From assembly GCF_040938485.1 (NCBI RefSeq), contig NW_027271783.1:1426001-1490000 (forward strand): 64,000 nucleotides of DNA. Direction: 5' to 3'. The notes below the pieces were generated by a model. The model searched no databases. It saw only the letters and a program-made list of their open reading frames with translations, and was not told the origin of the DNA. This DNA is from Diadema antillarum (taxonomy: Eukaryota). The position numbers were made by a program, and so were the translations under genes. Below, one piece after another: positions 1 through 10,260 of this stretch; the stretch's first letter is position 1, and every line of letters starts with the position of its first letter.

Positions 1-414
1 AAATAAATCACAAACTTCAATCGTCTCAAAGGCTTTTCACAAAACTGTGGTATTAGTCGCAACATCCTGTGAAAACCACATGAAAAATATTATCTCACAA
101 GATTCTCACTGACCAGAATATAATATCTCTTCCCAGAATTCCAATTTTTTATGTGAAATCAGTAGGAATGAGTCATATACTTTGCATCAAATCACTGTCG
201 TCTTGTATCAACTTTTGTAGCATTGAGGCATTTGGGTGGAATGGGGCTATTGTGAAAGATTCTTGAGCAAAAACATGATTATGATAATATTCTTGTGCAA
301 AACCAACAAGAGAATTTTGGAAGTGATGACATCACCCCCTCTCCTAATTTGCATACATCTTTGAGACTAACAGTGAAATGTGGAAAAACTTGCCCCCCCC
401 CCCCAATTTAAATG

Positions 415-620
415 ATTCCAAGACATTTTCTCCCGCAACAATTGCTCCCATGAAATATCTGCACGCTAAGCCAAACATAAATTCTATCCACAAACATAAC
501 CCTAACCCTAATCCTCACATCAAACTAAACCTAAAACCCTATGACAACCCCAACCCTAACCCTAAGTCCTTGGAGAAATTTTCGACCGGAGCAATTGTCA
601 CAGGAGCAAATGTTGTGTCA
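415..620. mobile_element. Fold-back MITE with telomere-like CCCTAA core
   Basis: Inverted ends contain ACAATTGCTCC / GGAGCAATTGT, with internal AACCCTAACCCTAA at about 498 and 552. Confidence 0.6.
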
Positions 621-809
621 CCAGTTTAAAGAGATTAATATTAAAGTACATCTACTGTAGCTCCTGCCAAAGTTGAGATGATGGATCACTGACTGCTATG
701 CATTTGTAACTACCACCAGTAATACCAACCAAAGGAGGGCCTTATTACTAATCAGCATTCATGATAATTACAGGATTTCTTGTGGTTGAGAGGGCAACCC
801 TTCCTTTAA

Positions 810-1368
810 AGGACAAGTCCACCTTCATATACATAAGGATTGAGAGAGTGCAGCAATATTAGTAGAACACATCAGTGAAAGTTTGAGGAAAATTGGACAA
901 TCTGTTCAACAGTTACGAATATTTTAAGTATCTGCACAGTCACTGCTGGAAGAGAAGACTACTACAGTGTATGATGTCACATGCGTACAACTATATAAGG
1001 AAAATAAAAAGAGAATTTCACAAAACTTTACTTTTTGAATAAAGTGCACATGTCTTCGACTTGCTACTGATGTATGTTAAAGGTAATATTATTCCCCCTG
1101 CCTTCTGAAAGAGAGAAGTCGAGTGTTCTTTTGTTATGCGAGAAAAATGGAAATATGTTGAATTTTCTTTATTCTTTCTTAATATCGTTGTACTCATGTG
1201 ACATCACAAGCTGTAGTAGTCTTTTCATCCAGCCGTGACTGAGCAGAAACTTCAAAAATTCATAACTTTTTAACGGATTGTCCGATTTTGCTCAAACTCT
1301 CACTAATGTGTGCTACTAATATTGCTGCATTCACACAACCCACATGTCTATGAAGGTGAACTTGTCCT
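810..1368. mobile_element. TTAA-flanked non-autonomous DNA transposon (Kolobok-like), family A
   Basis: TTAA|AGGACAAGTCCACC...GGTGAACTTGTCCT|TTAA, with imperfect TIRs longer than 100 bp. Confidence 0.85.
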
Positions 1369-2555
1369 TTAAGTTAAGCAAAAGTTCTGTTGAACCCTGT
1401 CCCAAGCCAAAAGTTAGATGCTCTTTGGGTACCAATGTCTTCAAAGTTAACTGACTATGAGTTAACTTTAAAAGTGAAACTCAATGCTCTGTGTGTACAT
1501 ATCTATTCTCTCTTTCTTTTCTATCTTATATCTAGGTCAAATATTGTACGGATGATGGTGCGTTCTGACTTCAATATATGGAGACTACACTTGTACCGCC
1601 TGATAAAATAAAATGCTGATAATGGCATGTAAACAAATGTAAACAAACCATCACACACACAAAAAGTTCTGGTAATATCTGGCTCTCTTCCAGTTATGAT
1701 ACCACTAAAGACCAGTGATTTGTCTGTAGTGATTAATGGCACACCGTTAAGCAACCGCTTTACGTGGAGAAAAAAAAGCATCTCACACACAAACCACAAA
1801 CTTTTCAATGTACTTGAATGTCACCTCCGCATTCACTAAAGAAACTCCTGGGGGTATTAATTATGTGGCGCTGGATTACCTCGACATGTCGCGAACAAAT
1901 GTGACGACAAAGGAAACCTTGAGTCACGCAGGTTTCGAGAATGTAACCTCCAACCATGAGGTAGTGTAAATGTGCCATTTCTCTTTCTGTAGTTTTCCAT
2001 TCTCATTTTTTTTCTTCTATGAAGTGAGAAATAAAAGTGAAGGGACTTTCCCTAAATCTCATCCCTCTTCCCCCGTTATCCCTGGGGCCAAGGGCAACAG
2101 TTAGCCCGGGACACGCCCAGATGCTCCCCGCCATAAGTTGCTGATACTCCACAGCACAAACTGTTCACGCTCCGCATTGTAGTAACTCGCGAGCTACCCC
2201 CATTGTGCTCATGTGACGCAGTGCGGTAGACATGCTTCTCACTGTCGCCATGGTGATGGTGACAACAGGTATGAGATTGACTGATGCTGAATTAAAAAAA
2301 AAAAAGATTTTCCACAAGCATTTCAGGGCATACAAATTTCCACAAACACACATAAAAAGATGCAACATCTACACTGCATTTGGTTCAAGAAATAAGACAT
2401 TAGTAAAAACATGCAATTGTAAATTAGGAGGATTGTCCCTCAAAATAAAAAGCAAGTGTCTCTAGGAAAGTTTCTGATCCAGAACAATCTGGGGTTCATA
2501 TTCTGCCTAGTGCATTGATCCTTTAATACACAAGATGTTTTGTCTACTATAGTAA

Positions 2556-2952
2556 GGTTCACACAAAGTTTTAATCTTTAAAGTTTTAAACTTTGATCAT
2601 TAGTAGTTTTAAACTCTGGCAGGTGTCCAGACGACCCCAAATCTTTAAGATCAAACTTTCAAGAAGAGCCTCGCTCAGAAGCCGGAAGAGAAGGGAGAAT
2701 GGGCCTCACAGAGATGTCACAGAAAAGTTTAAGTTCCTTGATTATTGTGCCAACATGATGCTAAATTAGAAGTGGGGACCACCAGCGACTCACCTATAAC
2801 ATGTAAAACGCTGAGAAACCTTCAGGTTCTATGCACTGACTAATCTTTAAGATTGCTAATTTTCGCGCATCTACATGGGGCTAAACTACGAGCCAATCAT
2901 CAAAGATTGGAACGTCAAGCTAATCTTTGATATTAGGAACATTGTGTGAACG
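2556..2952. mobile_element. PIF/Harbinger-like MITE
   Basis: TAA|GGTTCACACAA...TTGTGTGAACG|TAA, giving a 3-bp TAA TSD. Confidence 0.7.
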
Positions 2953-2966
2953 TAATTTATGTTTCT

Positions 2967-3085
2967 TTCACCCAGGTGTACAGATTGGTTCCTGGCAACG
3001 TTGCAGTAATAATAATGGCAGGCCCTCTGGGAAGAGCAGCATTTGAATTGACAAGGCTACCCTGGGTAAATAAGTATCATTATCA
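2967..3085 (+). mobile_element. Possible SINE 3' remnant
   Basis: CACCCAGGTGTA...GCTACCCTGGGTAAATAA followed by a TAT-rich tail. It resembles invertebrate SINE 3' ends as I recall them; no tRNA head is seen. Confidence 0.3.
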
Positions 3086-4047
3086 CTTTCATTAATATCT
3101 TTAAATGGAATCTAAGAGCTAGTCTTTGATCAAGGACCTGAGAAAACTCTATCAAGATTCTCCTTCAATCAAACCAGAACACATCCTGGCAACAAAAATT
3201 TATCACAGCCATACGATCTTACACTGTATCAGAGTCATTCTTTCTGAATCAAAATCTATACAGCAAACTACCAAAGAAGCAATAATTTACTCTGACAACT
3301 CCACAATAGGAAAGAAATAACAAAATATGATGAGGTGTAGTCTACAAAGGACTCAGAGGAAGTGGTAGTGGCCTAATTGGTTGTAGAAAAAAACAACCCA
3401 GACAGAAGAATTCAAATATATTTCACAATCTTGATGGAAATGAATTGAGGAATCTCTTATCTACTGGCAGACAATATAAGAACGGATCTCTGAATAAAAT
3501 TCTATTCTGTTAGATAGCTGTTACCAATCTGGTATCGGAGCCAATTCAAGCCAGAATGCGGTTGATGCATGATGTTTTCCCCCGATCCCCATCAACTATG
3601 CCCCCTCCTCTTATACAATGTCAAGAAATGACCTCATAGCTCCCCGTAAAAAATAATGTTATTGTGATATGCATTGTTCAGCGAATACAGCCATGAATGG
3701 AAAAAAAAAAGTATATTCATGGAAGGTAACCACATTCCAATGGCCATCTTATGTATATTTGTACACACATACAAACACAAACACAACACAAAGAAGAATT
3801 TCTTTTGATATAAGATTTTTGAGTGCCTTACCGTTGAAGGGCTTCACATTAAAAATAATAAACATGGCTCATACTGAAAAGCACTATTTTGTCAAGACCT
3901 ACGTCAAGAACTCAGCCACGCCTAATATCAATATACCTCACAATCTTCTAATCTTTTTTATGCTACAGTCACACAGGGCCGGGTCACAAAACGCATTTGA
4001 TGCGAGTGAAAATGAGTCAGATTAGTCCCGGAATGGAGGGTAATTTA

Positions 4048-4557
4048 TGCTGCAGTCACACACGGCCGGATTTCGAACCAGGTCCATAAAGAATTAAAAC
4101 CGTATCGACCAGGTTCAAGCCGTAGAGACCCGTATTGACCCGTATCGAACCGTATAAAAATCTGCTTTAAATCCTTTTTTACCCCTATTGACCACTGTCA
4201 ACCCGCTTCGACCCGTACTGACCCAGATGTAAACCATGTCATCATCCATTGCATGAAGGCAATGCGGTATACGGCAAGGGTCCATATGGTTTTATGCTGC
4301 GGGTTGCAGCGGGTCGATGCGAGTCAATGCGGATCGAACTGGGTCATTTCGGATATCAATAGGGAATTGAAATCCATGAGAACATTTAGGACATGACCAA
4401 AAATTTTTCACCGCCGTATCATAGTCGCCGGAATCCATCAGGAATTGACACAGGTTACGATGCGGGTCAATGCGGGTCTCTACGGCTCGAGCCGGGTCGA
4501 TACGGTTTTAATTCCTTATGGACCCGGTTCTAAATCCAGCCATGTGTGACTCTAGCA
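4048..4557. mobile_element. PIF/Harbinger-like MITE with long TIRs
   Basis: TTA|TGCTGCAGTCACAC...GTGTGACTCTAGCA|TTA, with about 100-bp imperfect TIRs. An extra left-end copy lies at 3961. Confidence 0.8.
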
Positions 4558-6702
4558 TTACAGTGCTTACATAGTCTAACCTGCACGTTTAATAGGTGAG
4601 AAAGCTGTATTCTAAAGAAGGGACAAGATATGAATAGATATTCATGAGAAATCATGCAAAAAAGGAAATGTGAGCTTATTCTCCAGTCACCTGAAGTCAC
4701 TATCCTATCTGTAAAGATATTATGATGGAGTATACGTGTCTGGACATGGAATGCCTCCTTTTTAGCAGTAAATACTTTCTGAATTACATCACCCAGGATA
4801 TAGTATATTATGAGTATCACGTTAGAAACTTCCTCCAAATTAAAGGCAGATTACAATTTTAATTCATGCAAATAAAAAAAAACACAGGGGGATTGTCATT
4901 TAGCATTCAAATTCATTTTAATAAACAATGGCACATCATACGCAGAGATGTCAGTGATACGATAAGCACAGCTTCACTAAGGCCTGTTGAAACAGAGAAT
5001 TATATCTACCAGTTAGAAAGTAATAAATCTTTTATTATTCTCTCACTTTCTCTCATATTAACCTGGTTGAATTTTACTATGATACTTATTCACAGCAATC
5101 ATTTCAGGGTAAAGTCTCAATTTGTTTCTTGCTTTAATTGGTTTTATCACAAAAATGTAGATTGCCTCATAAGGCAATAATGTACAGCCAATGTCTTTCT
5201 ATTTAGTGCTACACTTGCCCATACAGAAGATCATATGTAATTCACATGTCTCCACCATCTGATTCATGTTGGTGCTTTGAACGCATTCCACTGCCAGGCT
5301 TTATACCTGTAGTTCTCTTTCTCTCTCAGGGATGAAAAAAAAAAGAAAAGAAAAGAAAGGAAAAGTGAAGAAAAGGAGAGAATTGCGTGACAGTGCGCTC
5401 CCATCCGAAGCTCCAGATACAGACTCATATTTCCTGACCTTTGACCTAACAAATAGTTTTCTATCTCTAGGATGGGTTGGGGGGGGGGGAGTGGGGGAGG
5501 GTGGAGGGAGGGAGGGGAGAAACAAGAGAATTGCGACACTATTTTGATTCTCGAACTAGTCTGATGTCTGCAGACATTATAAATTCTGGGCTCTGACATG
5601 GTCCAAGTGGACTACATGGAGCTACAGCACCTTTCTCAATTCCAGGTTTGAAGATTTACACAAGCTTTGCAGCCCTTCACGAGATTATTCCAGAACAACG
5701 CTTCTATATTACTGTACCTCACCGTCACAAAAAAAAAAAGACAAACAGAAGTACGCTAAAAGTTGTCATCATGCAGTCAAGGAATGAGACTCGGCACATC
5801 ATGACTGAGAAGACCAAACTTTCTCATTTGCATCCTTCACCTAAAATATCCTTCATTTGTGAGCAGAAAAGGGCATCCACAGTGTTAATTACTATTTCCA
5901 TCAAATATGTCCGCAATCCAATCTCCACCATCCAGTTACGGTAGGGTAATGTATTCACAGAGGCTGGTATCAAGACTAAGGGATGAAGATCAAGTATATT
6001 GTCTTAACTCTGATTTCTCTATCTCTATTCCACATGACCCCAGGCTGGCGAAGGTCACGCTGGAAGGCCAGCAACCTCCCTTGAAACCCTAGAGTCAAAT
6101 TGTGGTCAGGGGTCAAGGGTCAATCATCTCAGCTCCACCCTCAGTCTGTCCAGTATTAACTGCGTGCTTACACAGTTACAACATGACTTAGATCATCTGC
6201 ACGACCAAAAAACAAATTCATTCTATTACAGTTGACAGTAATGGGTAGACTCAACTCAAACAACAGAGCACAGAAAGTGCCAACAGTCGTGTAAAAAATA
6301 GGATTATTTTGGAATTTCAATGATTTGCATGTGACATAAACGCAAACATCTGTCCACTAATGTGTGTTTATAATATGATGGCAATGATTAAAGGTTAAAA
6401 GGCGAACGTGAACATGAATGTCTCCTATGAAGTGAGATCTTGAATTTACCTAAGTGTAGGAGTGTGCACAATAACGGGTGATGCTCTGTGTGAGAAGGAT
6501 GTTGTAATGAGGTAATGAGGCCGATACCCTTTCAAAAATGACATCATGAAAAAAAATTGCACAGATGTCCCTCTGGTCCATCAATCTCTTTGCAATAGAT
6601 GAAGTTCACTTCTCAATGATTTACTACTTTGCAATTCCTGGTGAAGAATAAAAGTGCCCTGAGTAATGTCACATACAGTGTATTAGGTGCCCCATAACTT
6701 AA

Positions 6703-6787
6703 CCCGTTGAGGACTAGTCCCTAGTATACTCGGGCATGTGTGTATGGGAAATGCGTGTTGTGGCAAAATCAGTCCGTCCTGAACGGG
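6703..6787. mobile_element. 85-bp TTAA MITE (piggyBac-like CC...GG ends), copy 1
   Basis: TTAA|CCCGTTGAGGAC...GTCCTGAACGGG|TTAA. Three more 85-bp copies occur in the window. Confidence 0.85.
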
Positions 6788-8357
6788 TTAAGAGCGATAG
6801 ATAAATGTACAAACCTGAAATAGATACATGTAAGTAGACTGGGCTTCCCCAAAAATTAGCAATCCTCACAAACAACCCTAATGCCACTGACACTAAGTTG
6901 ACAAAGATAAAAAAAAAGAGAAAGGAAGAAAAAAAATAGAAAAAAAAAAACTAGATGAAATGAAAAATGGACCCCAAAGGTGCACAAACACTGAATAATA
7001 AGTCAAAAACTATTTTTCTACTCAGAAATATTAGTGGTAAGTACGAAGGGATGGGAAAATTTCATTGCAACATTGGAATGATAAAAGAGATTGGGAGAAA
7101 TTGTGCTTACTAACTCAGGCAAGTCCAAACTAATCCTCCCTGACACATTATTTCTTTGATGATGGTGCATAAATCACAATTATATCCCCTCTACGGGTGA
7201 AGATTATCTAGAGGCCACCCCTGTGTAAGCCATATCCAGGGGTAAGTCTTGGTCTAGTTCCGATCCAAAGGTCGGAGAGAGCCCCCTTCCCCGTGCGAAG
7301 TAGAGCGAGAGGAAAAGGCCGCCGACTCGGAGCGAAACTCTTTCACCCAAAGCCGCACTACATTTGTTGACCTACAATGAATGCATCGATTGCGATTCTT
7401 TTTGAACAGCAAAATGTTTATTTCGGGGCCGCACGTAGGTGGAAAGTTTGGGAGTTAACGGGGTCATTGTCCCTTGACCCTGCACAGAAGGAACACTGTA
7501 TCATGCGCGTTGCACGTACCTAAACAGAAAACAAATACTTATCTGTTCCTCCTTCAATTACATTTAATTCACACACAAAAAAGAATTTTTAGGGGGTATA
7601 TGAAATATAAAATTGCTCTTGCATATCATTTATACAAATTCAATACTCATTTTTTAAGACTAATAAAACAAAAACGATGGGCGCACCCAGCAATGTAACA
7701 CAAATTTGAGTGAGTGATTTTTTTTTTCTACATTCACAATCAAATCAGCAAACAAAGGAGGATTGTTTCATAATCACTGTCAGGGACACAGAGCAAAATA
7801 TGGGAAGTATAGAATAAAGTAATTTGAACCCATGCAAACCATAAAGGCATATCAATATTTCAGTGATACACTGTACCAGGTGAGCGGAAAAACAAACGTT
7901 TTCTAGAAACCCCAGATTCAGTAGCAGTCCATGTAATGATACATCATCGATTACATTTACAACAAACTAACAACAGAAATAGACCTCTTGTGCCTGTTTT
8001 TTTAGGTCATGACCGCAAAAGCACTTGAATGTATTTGCTCAGTCCAAATTAGATGTGTTGTTTTGAAGAGTAACCTTCACAGGCTAGCAATTCCTTTTAC
8101 TACAGGCCCAGTCAGTCATCAAGTTAGCCTATTGTGGCCCGCTAACAATGGTTGCTAAATTGATAGCAGGCAAGGTGTATGAAGTGGGCTCAAAACAAAC
8201 AAGCCTCCACATCAATACACACAGTCATCCATCAAAACTCATTTCAAGCCTGTCTAATCACATTACAACACTCTTCCTTTTTCCCCGCTTTTTTCTTTCT
8301 TCTTGCAGTTGAATCTTAACCTGTTGAATCCTGAAGTTATTTTTGCAGTAGCAATTA

Positions 8358-8597
8358 CTGTATACGCCGAATATTTTGCGAGGTTTTTATTTTCGCGAAT
8401 TTCGTGTGTCAGTTGCTATTTGCGAAATTAAAGACACGTTAATATATTGACTCTGATCCCGATGTGGATGTGACGTACGCGTGTACTTTGCTCCATTCAG
8501 TACATGACTCCACGATCGCGAATTTAACCACTCATGAAATCGTCGGGAATTCCCGATTCGCAAAAATTTAGACTCGCAAAATATATGGCATATACAG
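8358..8597. mobile_element. TA-flanked CTGTA...TACAG MITE with repeated TTCGCGAA-like motifs
   Basis: TA|CTGTATACGCC...GGCATATACAG|TA. The superfamily is uncertain. Confidence 0.75.
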
Positions 8598-8680
8598 TAT
8601 TACCTTGTGCCTATTGAGTTGGCAACTTACTCACATTACAACACTCTTTCTTTTTTTCCTGCTTTTTTTTTCTTTGTTGT

Positions 8681-10236
8681 TGTAGCGGCAGTATTGATTT
8701 ATTCAAGAAATATTTGATTGGAACAATTTAGACTGTTACACCCCCTTTAAGGTGCAGATCGTTACCTTGGATACACCATCAAGTGCGCATTCCTTCGGTT
8801 GCTTGCGCACTGATTTTGCTTTACGTACTAGTATGCTGTATGCGTACTACATGATAGCCACGCAAAAGATATGGGCCAAGATGCAAGACACGATCAAAAA
8901 AGAATGAGTTCGGATCTGTGATTGATTTACTTTAGGAACCTAAACAGTTTGGTAAGAGAAATTATGATGGAAAACAGACGAATATTTGATTGCTGTAGCT
9001 TTGTTTAATCCTTTATGTAGTGATATGTGTTGTGTTGTTAGCTTGTAATTGAGTTCAGAATTTAGGTTGACATAACGATTCGAAACGGTGTTCGTATAGA
9101 AAGTGATTACACATAGAACAGTACGGTACGCTGTAGGTATTGATTATTGTACATGATTCCTGCTTAGCAGGCAGGGAAGAGAAATGTTGGAAGTGTGAGT
9201 GTATGATTGAAGCTTACAATATTGTGCATGTTTATTTAGGAATAATATAAGACTCCATATTCAGAAGAATATTGTGTCATGGTCATATAGGAATGAGAAT
9301 CAGATTAAGGGATTCAACTTTTGTCACTTTCATAGAGCTGTATACTGTTAGATTTACACAAGTATATGTACGTATACCGTACGGTCAATACAATCCCATA
9401 CATAATTGCCGTTAGAGGGCTAACTTATTTAATGTTTGTGAAGGGTTAGTTTCTTTTTTGGTGTATCATATGGGTGTTGAGGTGTCAAAAGGAAAGACAT
9501 TCAAGGGTTTAAAGGGAAAGATGATCTTGGATTTATTTTATTGTAAGAAAGGCAGGCTGCATTTCTGGATAGTGTTGTAGGGATGCAATTGCATCATTTG
9601 AACTGAATTATGTGAGTGATAGAGATAAAGGTCACTTCATTATGTACGCTTTGTTTGAAATGATCAAAGTAAACAAGTGTGATAGAGTCAGGTCATTTAG
9701 AACAATATTATTATCTCATGGTGCAGTGTATTGGACACTGAGAAATGCAGTACATGTACCATACATCAGATATTGAGTCAGAATATGTCTTTACAAGACA
9801 TTGATGTGTTAATGTTTAGGACTGAACACCGAACACTTGCATATTTAGTGCACTGCATATGGTTGCATGCATTTGGGTTAATAGTGTAAAGTTGTTACTG
9901 TTGTTTATGTTAGTTGATTTATTACAAGTATTAAGTATATTTGGAAGACACAGAAATAATTACACTTGATAAGCTGTTCAAGGTAGTGATAACTAAGCAT
10001 TTATTATTTCTTTTCTCTTTTTATAGCGAACCACAAGTTCGGGTTCGACAGCAGTATGCAAGCACACAAGTACACAAGTTGGTGTGTTCCACAAGTTTTG
10101 GTTCAACACAAGTTCGTGTTTGTCACAAGTACACGAGTCCAGCTGGTATTGATGTCTTCAATAAATGAACGAACCTGTGCGTTCCAACTGTGACTGACTG
10201 AAGTAAACTTTCACCTTTATGTAGTACGTGTCTACA
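8681..10236 (+). repeat. BEL 5' LTR (1556 bp)
   Basis: Starts TGTAGCGGC and ends GTGTCTACA. It is repeated at an offset of 7564, with AATAAA at 10160-10165. Confidence 0.98.
8952..10026 (+). other. Putative spliceosomal intron (1075 nt) inside the BEL LTR; copy at 16516-17590
   Basis: Donor TG|GTAAGA at 8952, branch-like ACTAAG at about 9992, pyrimidine tract TTATTTCTTTTCTCTTTTTA and TAG acceptor at 10024-10026. Actual splicing is inferred, not observed. Confidence 0.65.
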
Positions 10237-10240
10237 TACA

Positions 10241-10252
10241 GTTCGCAAACTG
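10241..10252 (+). promoter_or_regulatory. Non-tRNA primer-binding-site candidate GTTCGCAAACTG
   Basis: Lies 4 nt after the 5' LTR end, where a PBS is expected, but lacks a TGG start. It is the exact reverse complement of 8945-8951 joined to 10027-10031. Confidence 0.6.
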
Positions 10253-10260
10253 GATCCAAA

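Noticed and set aside
2070-2286. Strong minus-strand acceptor followed by CpG-rich sequence, considered as a GLIS terminal exon
   Set aside because: None of the three frames resembles GLIS. The needed phase-1 frame gives ASVNLIPVV...CGA-stop without recognisable similarity.
9941-10168. 75-aa ORF duplicated at 17505-17732
   Set aside because: A chance ORF with a TTG start, duplicated only because it lies in the LTRs.
10228-10260. ORF-track start (GTG) of the 1913-aa ORF
   Set aside because: It lies partly inside the LTR. The first ATG at 10261 is the plausible eukaryotic start.
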